A stretch of 64,000 nucleotides of DNA from Methanomassiliicoccaceae archaeon (GTDB lineage Archaea; Thermoplasmatota; Thermoplasmata; Methanomassiliicoccales; Methanomassiliicoccaceae): positions 119,717-183,716 of the forward strand of contig CAVSJV010000013.1 of NCBI GenBank assembly GCA_963728405.1. Reading direction: 5' to 3'. The notes under the pieces are model-generated. The model saw only the letters and a program-made list of their open reading frames with translations. It had not been told where the DNA came from and searched no databases. The position numbers and the translations under genes are program-made. Positions 31,342 to 41,720 of this stretch are shown piece by piece; the first letter of the stretch is position 1, and every line of letters starts with the position of its first letter.

Positions 31342-32167
31342 CTACAGTTGGCAGTCGCGGCTTTTCCCGTCGTCGCCCACTTCGGATGATCTACCACTGA
31401 TCTCCCGCCCCTTCATCTCACTGAAGAACTTCCCCAATGACTCCCGAAGGACGCGCTGCGGAATTTCTTCAATGCCCCCGCGCGGCAGCTTGCCCAATGG
31501 GAACGGCCCGAACGCCACGCGGATCAAGCGCGTCACCTGCAGGCCCAGATGGGCCATGATATTGCGAACCTCGCGGTTCTTACCTTCGCGGATCGTCACA
31601 ACAAGCCAGTGGCTCGGTCCCTCCTCCTTGCCTTTCTCGATCTCGATCTTGATGGGTTCGTACCGGATGCCCGAAATCGTCACCCCGTTCGCGACCGAGG
31701 CGAGCTTCTCGAGGTCGACATGCCCGCTCACGCTCACTCGGTAGCGCCGCAGCCAGGCGTTTTGCGGCAACTCCAAATGCCGCGCCAATTCCCCATCGTT
31801 CGTCAGAAGCAACAGCCCCTCGGTATTGAAGTCCAAGCGCCCCACGCTCACGACGCGCGGCATCTCGGGAGGCAGCTTCTCGAACACGGTCGGACGTCCC
31901 TGGGGGTCCTTCGCCGTTGTAATGGTGCCCGGCGGTTTGTGATAACGCCACACGCGGGTTTCCTCGGCCGCTTTCAAAGACTCCCCGTCAACCGTGATGA
32001 CAGTTCTTATCCGTGACGTTCAGCGCGGACGAGATCAAAACCTTGCCGTCGACAGCCACACGGCCGTCTGCGATCAGCCTTTCGGCGTCGCGGCGCGAGC
32101 ACACGCCGGCTCGGGCCAGCACTTTAGCGATGCGTTCGCCTTCAAAGGAAGATTCGGTTTTGTGCAT
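31342..32167 (-). CDS. rluB: rRNA pseudouridine synthase RluB-like (S4 + RsuA family), bacterial type, frameshift near 32000
   Basis: GERIAKVLARAGVCSRRDAE, YHKPPG, VGRLDFNTEGLLLLTNDG, EGKNREVR, LIRVAFGP. Confidence 0.9.
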
Positions 32168-32460
32168 CTCGGCCTCGCTTATCTTGCAACTTGCCCCCTT
32201 ATAGCGCATAGATATGGCCTGCAAGCAATCGCGTTTATGTGAGCGTTTCTCTGTCTAATTCCAAGATTGACTCGTAATATTTGTCCTTGTCTTCGACACT
32301 GAGGTGGAGGAATCGTTCAAGTTCGGCCGGGTCTTCCTGCATTAATTTCACATCAATCAACCTATGATGGGTCGAACGATAACTAGCCCTATCCTCCACC
32401 ATAAAACCAGGTATTGGTATGACCGTAGAAAAGATTATTTGCAAAAAAGGTCAAGCGTGG

Positions 32461-32865
32461 CTAGCACAACCGCTCGCCAAGGAAGATCTCCTTGAGCGTC
32501 GCGGCCAACTGCTCCATCTCCTCGACAGTCATGGGCTTGACGAGGTACCAGACCATACCGCTATCCTTGGCTTTGGCCACATCGTCTGGAGAGCTGGAGC
32601 CGGATCTAACGATCAATGGCGTATTCCTGTAGGTGCCGCTCTCCTTTAGTATGTTCATCAAACTATGGCCAGTGATCTTGGGCAAGTTAAGGTCCAAGAG
32701 TATGAGGTCCACGGCATGCTTTGCCTCGATATACTTTGGGGCTTCTTCGCCATCGCTCAGTCATGTAACTCGATAGGCCATTCTAGTTTCATTCAACACT
32801 TCCTCGATGAGATGAACATCGCTCATGTTATCCTCGATTAGAATGATCTGGAGAGGCTCATTCAT
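32461..32865 (-). pseudogene. Response regulator with in-frame TGA at 32763-32761
   Basis: IILIEDN…VT*LSDGEEA (paralog has LTWLSDGEKA)…LLDLNLPK…KPM. Confidence 0.8.
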
Positions 32866-34387
32866 TCAATTCCCCCCCCCGCTTCGGGCAGAGTGAAAAA
32901 GAATGTCGAACCCTTACCTTCCTCGCTTTCGACCCATATCCGACCGCCGTGACGTTCGACGATCTTTTTACTGATGGCCAGTCCGATGCCGGTGCCGGGG
33001 TACTTGTCCCTTGTATGTAGCCGCTGGAACATCTTGAAAATGTTCTCGTGGTACTTCGGATCGATGCCGATGCCGTTGTCCTTGACCGCAATGATCCATC
33101 TATGACCGCGGTGGCGGGCTGACACTTCGACCTTCGGCCCCTCGGTTCCGCGGAACTTTATGGCGTTACTGATGAGGTTCTGCAGCACCTGGGTCATCTG
33201 CGATTCGTCGGCCAGAACGGTCGGCAGCGGTTCGATGCTAACTTGTGCTCCCGCCTCTTGTATGGCCACATGCAGGTTGTTCTTAACCGTCTCGACGACC
33301 TTGTTCATGTCCACGAGAGTGTGCTCCTCGCGCTTGGTTTCGATGCGTGAGAACTGCAGCAGGTCGGCGTTCGATTCGGGGCGGCCAGGTTCTCTTCGTT
33401 CCTTTGCTGCTCGGTGATGTCGATGTTCACACCCCCCCAGCCCATGACCTTGCCTACATCGTCCTTGAGCGGCACCCCTCTCGCAAGGACATAGCGGTAT
33501 TGACCGTCCTTGCCCATGATGTGATGAGTGTAGTTCCAGAAATCTCCCGTTTCAATGGTCTTCTTCCAATCGGAGATAGTTCGCTTGACCGTTTCTGGGT
33601 CAAGAGTGTCGAGCCAACCGAACTTGAGGATATCATCCTCGCTCTTGCCGACGAGTTCGCAGAACGAGGGGCTGATGTAGGTCGCCCGACCTTGGGCGTC
33701 CATTGTCCAGATGCCGAAGGGGATCAGCTCACCGATGGTACGGTACTTGGCCTCGCTCTCGCTCAGCTCCTTGGTGCGCTCTTGCACTTTATTTTCAAGC
33801 TGCTCGTTGGCCTTCTTCAACGCCTCTTCCGCTCTCCTCAGCGCGGTGACATCGGTGAGAATGGACCGGAATCCTTTTCCTGGACCTTTGACCAGATCGC
33901 TCTCGAACTGTACAAGAATCTCGCTTCCGTCGTTCCGATGAATGGTGAAGGTGTTCTGCTGTTCTCCCTCTGAGGCGACCCGTCTGAAGTGGAGGTACAG
34001 CTGCTCTTGGGATCGAGGCGAAATGAATGTCGAAATTGCTTTATTCATCAGACTGGCCCTATTCGTCCTCAGGAGCTTCGATGCTCCTAAGTTGGCCTCT
34101 TTGATCAGAAGGTCTGGAGTCAGCGTGACATAACCAAGCGGAGCGAGGTCGTACAGCTCAAAATACTTGGCCCTGGTGGCCTCCAGCTCTACCTGGATCC
34201 TCTTGAGTTCCTCGTTCTGGATGTTCAGCTCCTCTTGATGGAGGGTGAGATCCTCTATCAGCTTAGAAGCATCTTTCTCTGAAAGCTCTTGAGATGGCCC
34301 CCTCTTTGCCAAGCGCTTCTTGGCCAGCTCCCTGATCTCTTCTCTACCGAGATCTTGCTCGTTCTCCATGGTTGAAACGTTCAACAT
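32862..34387 (-). pseudogene. PAS histidine kinase with internal deletion of the HisKA H-box
   Basis: PAS domains then SNADL joined directly to LQFSRI; intact HATPase. Confidence 0.85.
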
Positions 34388-34421
34388 AATCGACTTTCCT
34401 ATTAATAGATAAATCGGCCTT

Positions 34422-34461
34422 AGCCAGACGATTTCGTGGGCAGTTATCCCGCTCTGTCCAC
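34422..34461 (+). repeat. att-like site F (tRNA-Ala type)
   Basis: AGCCAGA-cgatttc-GTGGGCAGTT-ATCCCG-CTCTGTCCAC; last 16 nt identical to the tRNA-Ala 3' end. Confidence 0.9.
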
Positions 34462-34709
34462 AATTATAATAATTAGTACATATAAATCTTGCATGAACCG
34501 TAAGCCAGTATTCTCCAAACTCATCAACAACCTATAGCCCAAAAGGGGCCTGTTTAGGTGAGATCTATTTGGAAGATGTTCACTCCGCCCCCTCGCCCTA
34601 TCTTTATTTCTGTCCCCGCACTCTCGTAACCAGGGTCCTAGTAAAGGAGGATCATCATCCACATCGAAAGATAATCGAAGCTTGTTGCGACTAAAACTGC
34701 CTCTCCAGG

Positions 34710-35144
34710 CTATCTTGTGCCCTCGCATCGTTTCTTCATGGCCTCGTTCATTTGCTCCAATCCCTTTTGTGTACCACGGATCCATCCTCCCATAATGGGG
34801 ACCAGGATACCGGAAAAAGAGACTCCCTGGGAGAACCGTGCTCTTTTCGGACCGAGAGGTTCGATGGTAAATCTATGTTGACCGTAGACCAGTCCTCTCA
34901 CATAGGTGCTATGGAGCAGGAGCTCACGGTTCTCCTTGAGGCCTGAGACCCTTGTATTAAAGCTCATTTCCTTCCTGCCCGGTATCCTTGCATGGGCCCT
35001 GAGGACATGTCCAGGCTTCGCATCACCGGACAACCCTACGATGAAGGGGTTCCAATCGGAATAGGATGGAAAGTCCAACAGGACGATCCACACCCGCTCA
35101 ACGGGGGCATCGATCTCGATGGTTGCTTTTATTTCCTTCATCAT
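34710..35144 (-). CDS. SRPBCC/polyketide cyclase family protein
   Basis: IEIDAPVERVW…DFPSYSDWNPF…MNEAMKKR. Confidence 0.85.
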   Translation of the reverse strand: MMKEIKATIEIDAPVERVWIVLLDFPSYSDWNPFIVGLSGDAKPGHVLRAHARIPGRKEMSFNTRVSGLKENRELLLHSTYVRGLVYGQHRFTIEPLGPKRARFSQGVSFSGILVPIMGGWIRGTQKGLEQMNEAMKKRCEGTR

Positions 35145-35440
35145 TAGCTTACTGCATTCGTTGTGTATTTATCATTAATAGTAGAGAGAAATCCCCTAAT
35201 GCAATAATTGCCGATCCAGCTGTGCTATCCAACGACCCTGTGAAAGGGTGTAATTTTATCCACTGCCCCCGCACTGATCCTTTGGGCTAACACGGAGAAT
35301 AGAAAAAAGGCCCACCATCATATCCGATGCTACGACGACAGTTCACATCGTCCTCCAAGCACCACATATCCTGGGGCTAAATTGGAGCGATAGGGCCGGA
35401 CCCAAATGCGTCTATCCGCCCCGGTCATAGTTCGATTCAC

Positions 35441-37813
35441 TCACTGTTTGCTAAGCAACATGTGCATCAGATCGTCAGGTTTGACCAAATGGCTCTGATC
35501 GTCACTGCCCACGCTCAGCTCCACCCATTTGATCTTGCCGTTGAATATGGTGTTCTCGGGTTTGTTTCCGAGCACAGTCGTGCCTGATTCGCAACCGATG
35601 TCTAGACCTTCGGTGGCTGAGAAGATCATCGGCTGAGTGACTTCCACCCTTCCCACACCCACCTGCTCACCATCATTATACAGAGTGACGATTCCGCCCT
35701 TGGCTAATCCTCCACCATCGTAAGCGAACTCTGCTCGTACCTGGTGCTCACCCGGTGGGACTGCTTTGGTGGCGTTAATCGTGAACGATTTCACCCCGAA
35801 CAGATTGTAGACGAACTTGGTCGTGCCCTCATTCATCAACAGAACCCAGCCACCTGACTTGCCGCCCTGAGCGACGATCGTCCCCCTGCCCCCTCCTTCG
35901 GGGATGATGATTTGCGCAGTGATCCAGAACGACCTGTTCTTTAGTGTCAGGACCGATGCTTCAGTAATCCGCTTCATTCCCGGGAAGAAGATTTGCTTGT
36001 TGCCTTTGACGAAAGATGGTCGTCCGGCTATCTCTGGGATGAACCTTTCGACGGCGCGGTCGTCCAAGGGGATGACATTATATTTGGTGGCTTCGATCAG
36101 GAACTGGCGCTGTAACTTGTGCAACATCTCCGGATTCTCCTTTGACAGATCGTGCGCCTGAGTATAGTCAGTGTGGCCGTCGTATAGCTCCCAGACATCT
36201 TCGTCGAAAGGTATCTGTTTCGCGCCCGCCTCGAGCTTCCATGGTGTGCGGTGCTTTGTGCAGGCGCTCCATCCCTTGTAATAGATGCCGCGGTTGCCGA
36301 ACATCTCGAAATATTGCACGTCGTGGCGCTCCGGTTCCTCGGGTGTGTTGAAAGAATAAACTATGCTCGTGCCCTCGTAGGGGCTCTGGGTCACCCCATG
36401 CACCAAGATCGGTTCAGGAATGCCGGCAGCCTCGAGGATGGTGGGAGCGATGTCGATGACATGGCAGAACTGCGAGCGCTGGCCGCCCTTCTCTTTTATA
36501 TACTTAGGCCAGTGAACTATCGTACCGTTGCGCGTCCCACCCCAGTGCGAGGCCACCTGTTTGGTCCATTGATAAGGTGAGTCCATCGCCCAGGCCCAGC
36601 CCACCGCGTAATGGTTATATGCCTCTGTACTTCCCCACTTCTCCAAGTTTGCTATCAAGAACTCGGGGGTCTCGATGACCTCTCCCATGCCGTTCAGGGG
36701 GATGAACTCGTTGAATGTGCCCTTTATCGTGCCTTCGGCGGAGGCACCATTGTCGCCGGTGATGAGAACGATCAGCGTGTTGTCCAGGATGCCGATTTCC
36801 TTGATTGCATCGATGATTCTGCCCACATGATGGTCGGTGTGGGACAGGAAGCCGGCGTAGGTCTCCATCTGCCGCTCCAGCACGGGTTTGAGCCCCTCGG
36901 GCATGTCGTCCCAGGCCGGTATCTCCTCTGGCCGCTTGGTCAGCTCAGCCTCTGGTGGGATGATACTAAGCTCCTTCTGCCGCTCAAAGGTGATCTCCCT
37001 CTGCTTGTCCCATCCGTGGCTGAATTTGCCCCTATATTTCTCGATCCATTCCTTTGGTACATGGTGCGGGGCGTGTGTGGCGCCGGGGGCGAAATAGATG
37101 AAGAACGGCCGATCAGGGGCGAGCGACTTTTGCGTTCGCATCCATAGGATGGTATGATCGGCCAGGTCCTCGGTCAGGTGGTAGCCTTCTTCAGGGGTCT
37201 TGGGCTGTTCGATGGGGGTCGTGCCTTCATAGAGCGAGGGATACCACTGATTGTCCTCTCCGCCAACGAAGCCGTAGAAGTACTCGAACCCGGAGCCGGT
37301 GGGCCACATACCGAAGGGGCCGACCTGGCTGTTTTGGAATACCGGTACCTCATGGCACTTGCCGAACTGAGCCGTGTTATAGCCGTTCAGTTTTAGCGTC
37401 TCGGCGAGCGGCGCCTTATTGTTGGGCCGGATGGAGGTCATTCCGGGTGCCGACGTTGCCACCTCGGTGACGCTTCCCATGTTGACCGAATGGTGGTTCC
37501 GGCCGGTGAGCAGGGCCGCTCGGGTCGGCGCGCATAGGGCGGTGGTGTGGAAGCGTTCGTAACGCAGGCCACCCCTGGCCAGCTTCTCGAAATTTGGCGT
37601 TTCACAGGGACCCCCGAAGGCGCTGGAAGAGCCGAAGCCCGCGTCATCTAACAAGACCACGAGGACATTTGGTGCTCCGGCAGGAGGGCTTAACGGCGTA
37701 ATGGGTGGAAATTTGTTGTCAGGGTCCTTCGCGTCATAGGTGGTCAGGTGATGGCTGACCTGGTCAGGGATTGGCAGGACAACGCGGGATTGCTCATGGG
37801 ATCGATCAGACAT
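35441..37813 (-). CDS. Arylsulfatase (Cys-type, formylglycine-dependent)
   Basis: LLDDAG, LCAPTRAALLTGR (CxPxR), GKCH, HAPH, GDNG. Confidence 0.93.
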   Translation of the reverse strand: MSDRSHEQSRVVLPIPDQVSHHLTTYDAKDPDNKFPPITPLSPPAGAPNVLVVLLDDAGFGSSSAFGGPCETPNFEKLARGGLRYERFHTTALCAPTRAALLTGRNHHSVNMGSVTEVATSAPGMTSIRPNNKAPLAETLKLNGYNTAQFGKCHEVPVFQNSQVGPFGMWPTGSGFEYFYGFVGGEDNQWYPSLYEGTTPIEQPKTPEEGYHLTEDLADHTILWMRTQKSLAPDRPFFIYFAPGATHAPHHVPKEWIEKYRGKFSHGWDKQREITFERQKELSIIPPEAELTKRPEEIPAWDDMPEGLKPVLERQMETYAGFLSHTDHHVGRIIDAIKEIGILDNTLIVLITGDNGASAEGTIKGTFNEFIPLNGMGEVIETPEFLIANLEKWGSTEAYNHYAVGWAWAMDSPYQWTKQVASHWGGTRNGTIVHWPKYIKEKGGQRSQFCHVIDIAPTILEAAGIPEPILVHGVTQSPYEGTSIVYSFNTPEEPERHDVQYFEMFGNRGIYYKGWSACTKHRTPWKLEAGAKQIPFDEDVWELYDGHTDYTQAHDLSKENPEMLHKLQRQFLIEATKYNVIPLDDRAVERFIPEIAGRPSFVKGNKQIFFPGMKRITEASVLTLKNRSFWITAQIIIPEGGGRGTIVAQGGKSGGWVLLMNEGTTKFVYNLFGVKSFTINATKAVPPGEHQVRAEFAYDGGGLAKGGIVTLYNDGEQVGVGRVEVTQPMIFSATEGLDIGCESGTTVLGNKPENTIFNGKIKWVELSVGSDDQSHLVKPDDLMHMLLSKQ

Positions 37814-38102
37814 TTCTTCTCCCTCGATCTATCGATGAAATTCATGAAACCACATATGACTTAAGACTTTCATAGGGATAGCAAAAAAGCCAGATGAGAA
37901 TGATTCAATCTGATAGGATGAACAGTACAGTGTGGTCCACCTAAGACTCAACGCCGTGGCACATATCCAAGCGAACAGGATCACTTGGCCGAGACGAGAA
38001 CATCCTTTTTCTCACAATCATCCTTCTCATTTTACCTAATGGACAGTCTGCTCCCCTTTGAACCTCTCTGAGAAGTGTTTACGGATTTTAGGAATTGAGC
38101 AT

Positions 38103-38155
38103 AGCCTACTATTCTTCGGGTCCAAATCTCTGCGGGCCCACTAATTCTTCTGGCT
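38103..38155 (+). repeat. att-like site G (tRNA-Ile type)
   Basis: TCGGGTCCAA-ATCTCT-GCGGGCCCAC-taattct-TCTGGCT; inverted homolog of site B. Confidence 0.85.
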
Positions 38156-38325
38156 TCACTCGTTTTTCCCAATAAATTTAGGAAACGCCTTTACCTCGCG
38201 AACAATGTCGACATTACCGTCTCCTGGAAGGCCTGGGGGCTCGCTTTACTCTTCCTTCCGATTATATCCAGAAAGTCATCCCTCTTCTCTTGGACCTTGG
38301 CGAGACGATCAGGCTGAGCTCAGGA
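38156..38325 (-). pseudogene. Integrase extreme C-terminal remnant, homolog of 1375-1524
   Basis: LAKVQEKRDDFLDII…PQAFQE versus LAKVQEKRDDYLDLI…PQAFQE. Confidence 0.85.
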
Positions 38326-38647
38326 TGTGTTTCGATCACATCACTCAGATCAGGGATATTGGGAGCTGAGGCAAAGATGTTGGATTCGAAAGGCCCCGCT
38401 AAAGTGCCCAAATGAGGGAGAAATGTTTGACGTTCATCCGGTCTAAGGGGTAGCCAGACTAGGCCAACGGCGTAGGGCCATGTATCCAATCCTCATTGGT
38501 TCCTGGGTCTGAGGGGAGAGACGATATCACTTTCTCAAAGCTGTGAACATAATGCAAGGTGTAAATTTTCCAGGTTGCGACTACAGTATAATATATATGT
38601 TGATTCAATTAGCTTTATATAAATCGCTCAAGAGCGGAGATAGAAAA

Positions 38648-39346
38648 TTGATTACAGTAAATAAGTTCGCTAGGATTACTGGGTTACTGTATCTAATTTA
38701 CATAATATCCACTGCCCTCGCAACAGTTATCCGCTCTCAACTCATTGTGTTCGGAGACGCTGCGACAACGGCCAATAATATCCTAGCAAATGAGTTCCTA
38801 TTCCGCATCGGTTTTGTAACCGAACTGGTCTCTGCCTTGTTCTTTCTTTTGGCGGCCTGGGCGCTATATGTGCTATTGAAACCAGTCAATAAGAACATCG
38901 CGTTGCTGTTCTTGCTATTGAACCTGGGCGGGGTCATTATAGAGTGCGTCAATATGCTTAATCTATTTGCTGCCCTACCCCTTTTGAGCGGTGCTGATTA
39001 TCTGAGCGCATTCTCGGCTGGTCAACTGCAAGCTCAAGCCATGTTATATCTCAATCTGTACTCCAATGGCTTCATGATCTGCCAGATATTCTTTGGCGCT
39101 TGGTTGCTTCCTCTGGGCTATCTAGTTTACAAATCGGTCTTTCTTCCGAGGATTTTAGGCATACTTTTAATCATTGATTTCTTTGGCGTCCTGATATGGT
39201 TCTTGCAGTTCTTCCTCTTCCCTGGCTACGAAGCAATATCATACCCAAGTTTCGCGGCTGGTTTCATTGCTGAGCTCTCGCTCAGTTTGTGGCTTTTGAT
39301 CATGGGCGTAAAGAATCAGAATCCAGCTTTTACCAAAGATAGTTGA
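38648..39346 (+). CDS. DUF4386-family membrane protein
   Basis: ARITGLLYL, GDAATTANNI, FRIG, LYVLLKPV, LGYLVYKS…LPRILG. Confidence 0.85.
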   Translation: MITVNKFARITGLLYLIYIISTALATVIRSQLIVFGDAATTANNILANEFLFRIGFVTELVSALFFLLAAWALYVLLKPVNKNIALLFLLLNLGGVIIECVNMLNLFAALPLLSGADYLSAFSAGQLQAQAMLYLNLYSNGFMICQIFFGAWLLPLGYLVYKSVFLPRILGILLIIDFFGVLIWFLQFFLFPGYEAISYPSFAAGFIAELSLSLWLLIMGVKNQNPAFTKDS

Positions 39347-39397
39347 TGGCCAGAAATAAAATGGCGACCAGTAATCAGAAGGAAGGGGACAAAAAAG

Positions 39398-39841
39398 ATG
39401 ACCCGATCAATAGAAATCTGGAGAGAGACGTTAGTACTGGCGATCATGGGAGGATTGGGATTCTGGATAACCAATTTTGCAATTTCCCTCACCCCCATTG
39501 CTGCGGAGTATAGGGCTGGTCTTTCAATTTCTTATTTTCCAATGCTTTTTGAAGCCTTGGTTGGTGGTTTGATTATCGGATTTGGCGTCAGCTTTTTCCT
39601 GCTTCGATTCTTTGATAAGATTCCAACAAAGAATCCAATTTTAAAATCCTTAATACTGAGCTCCATTGCCCTAATCATTGTCACAATCCTACTCGAAGTT
39701 CCCGCAAAATTCCTTACAAACACAAATGATGCCTTGCACTACTTCCTCATTGGCACATTGTTTAACATACTGAGGATTCTTGCTCTTGGAGCAGTTATTG
39801 GCTATCTATATGGTAGGTTCTACGGGCAAGTGCCTGGCTAG
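39398..39841 (+). CDS. Hypothetical membrane protein (about 4 TM)
   Basis: Intact hydrophobic ORF, co-oriented with the DUF4386 gene. Confidence 0.7.
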   Translation: MTRSIEIWRETLVLAIMGGLGFWITNFAISLTPIAAEYRAGLSISYFPMLFEALVGGLIIGFGVSFFLLRFFDKIPTKNPILKSLILSSIALIIVTILLEVPAKFLTNTNDALHYFLIGTLFNILRILALGAVIGYLYGRFYGQVPG

Positions 39842-39940
39842 CATTGAGGACAAAGGAATCTCGGCCATCCTTTAGTCCCCGACGATATTGTTGGGTCGCA
39901 GCAGGCAGATATTAAAATATTCCAGTCTACCCGGTGCGCT

Positions 39941-40296
39941 TCAGTCGTCTTCATACCCGATCTGGTCGGCCATGTGCTCTTTACCCCAGGCGTACATCAG
40001 TTCGACGATCGGCATCAGCGACATGTACAGCTCTGTCAGCGTGTACTCTACTCTGGGCGGCACCTCCGGGTACACCTTCCTGACTATGAGCCCGTCGTTT
40101 TCCAGCTCGCGTAGCTGTCTGGTGAGCATCCTCTGGGTGATATTCGGAGTGTACAACCGAGAGCTCTTCCTCGATCTGCCCGAACCTGAGCGTCCCGTCC
40201 CTCAGGGCCCAGAGGATCAGCGGTTTCCACCTGCCAGCTGAGAATGTCTACGGTCGCTTCGACCGGACCATGGTATTTTTTCTGTCGCATGGGCAT
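39941..40296 (-). CDS. HxlR-family wHTH regulator, frameshifted
   Basis: [41 protein letters not shown]. Confidence 0.85.
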
Positions 40297-40474
40297 AGTT
40301 CCCCTGTCATCTACCAGTATACAGATTGGTAGTATATACCACAATGTATTCTGTTCACGCTAAATATTATTGGTATATATCTTGTATGGCGGCGGAACAT
40401 CGATCATACGCTGCCCGAGGAATCATGAAACAAATGGATATACACATCGAATATAAACCAGGAGGAATGAACTG

Positions 40475-40669
40475 ATGCCAATAATTACACTAGAGATGGG
40501 ACCGCTGTCGACCGAACAAAAGGAGAAGCTGATCATCGCATTCACGCGGGATGTCTGCGATGTGACAGGGATGCCGCCTGAGGCAATGGTCGTGCTCATA
40601 CATGAGCTCAGTCGCGATAACATGGGCGTGGGCGGCCACCAGCTGTCTACGATGAACGGCAGTCGATAA
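40475..40669 (+). CDS. 4-oxalocrotonate tautomerase family protein
   Basis: N-terminal Pro (MPIITLE), EQKEKLI, NMGVGG. Confidence 0.88.
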   Translation: MPIITLEMGPLSTEQKEKLIIAFTRDVCDVTGMPPEAMVVLIHELSRDNMGVGGHQLSTMNGSR

Positions 40670-40689
40670 TGATCATGGGAGGTAATCGC

Positions 40690-41088
40690 ATGGTCAAGCT
40701 CACTAATGACATCAAGGACACCCTGGCCGCCGCGAAGTACGCCTGGCTGGCCACGGCGGCGAAGGACGGCACGCCCAATGTGGTCGTCGTCGCCGCGTTC
40801 CGGCTGCTGGACGACGGATCGCTGCTCATCTCGGACCAGTACTTCCTGAAGACGCTGGCGAACCTCAAGGAGAACCCGAAGGTCGCCATTTCCTGGTGGG
40901 GCGACAAGGGTGGCTTCCAGATCAAGGGCACGGCCGCCGTCCACAACTGCGGTTCCGTCTTCGAGGACAACGTGGAATGGATGAAGGTCAAGTGGCCCCG
41001 GTTCACGCCGAAGGGGGCTGTCGTGGTGAAGATCACCGACGCCTACATGCTCAAGGCCGGGCCGGACGCCGGGAGGAAGCTTCTGTAA
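40690..41088 (+). CDS. Pyridoxamine 5'-phosphate oxidase-like FMN-binding protein
   Basis: LATAAKDGTPNV, KTLANLKENPKV, FQIKG. Confidence 0.88.
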   Translation: MVKLTNDIKDTLAAAKYAWLATAAKDGTPNVVVVAAFRLLDDGSLLISDQYFLKTLANLKENPKVAISWWGDKGGFQIKGTAAVHNCGSVFEDNVEWMKVKWPRFTPKGAVVVKITDAYMLKAGPDAGRKLL

Positions 41089-41146
41089 CTCCGGCCAAGT
41101 TTTTGCCTTTTATCGAAACATTATAGATTAAAAAGAGCGTGGCGAC

Positions 41147-41383
41147 ATGATACCCATCTGGCTTACCATCGTGCTTTCCCTTGCCTCAATCGTCGGCGGA
41201 GTTATAAATGCGAGAGGTCGGATAGAAGGGTTCTATATCTGGATGTTGGCGAGTAGCGCATGGGGTGCGCTTTGTATCTTCGAGCCGTCGATGCTAGGGC
41301 AGCTTCCGATGTGGTTGGCGTACTTTGTTATCTCAGCCTATGGCATCAAGATGTGGAAGAAAAACGCGGGTCCGAACATATAA
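41147..41383 (+). CDS. Small 3-TM PnuC-like membrane protein
   Basis: GFYIW…W…YFVISAYGIKMW resembles one PnuC three-helix repeat. Confidence 0.6.
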   Translation: MIPIWLTIVLSLASIVGGVINARGRIEGFYIWMLASSAWGALCIFEPSMLGQLPMWLAYFVISAYGIKMWKKNAGPNI

Positions 41384-41682
41384 AGAGCTACCATGCTCAA
41401 CACATATCATGGACCAGCGAACAGCAGAGAGAATAAGAAAAACATGCCAACGTGCTGCTTACTTTGGAGTTACTAAACTGGCCTATCCATCTGAAACGAA
41501 GGTTAATGGGGCAGTATAATACTAACCTCCACGGGAAATATTTTAAAGTTTAGCTTTAACATCAACAATGATCATACTAGCCCTCGCTCGTCTATCGTAT
41601 GGGGTCATTCTCCCACGAACCTTGACATTGCGGTGGAATTGGTTTAATTCTTGGTCTCTGATTTGGGCATTTATCGCATAAT

Positions 41683-41720
41683 CCAGATAGTTTTGTGGGC
41701 ATAGATCCCGCACTGTCCAT
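41683..41720 (+). repeat. att-like site H (tRNA-Ala type)
   Basis: CCAGA-tagtttt-GTGGGCATAG-ATCCCG-CACTGTCCAT; abuts the kinase stop codon. Confidence 0.8.

Noticed and set aside
32761-32763. In-frame TGA in a response regulator as selenocysteine or Trp recoding
   Set aside because: Aligns to Trp (TGG) in paralogs, its kinase is also broken, and TGA is a normal stop elsewhere.
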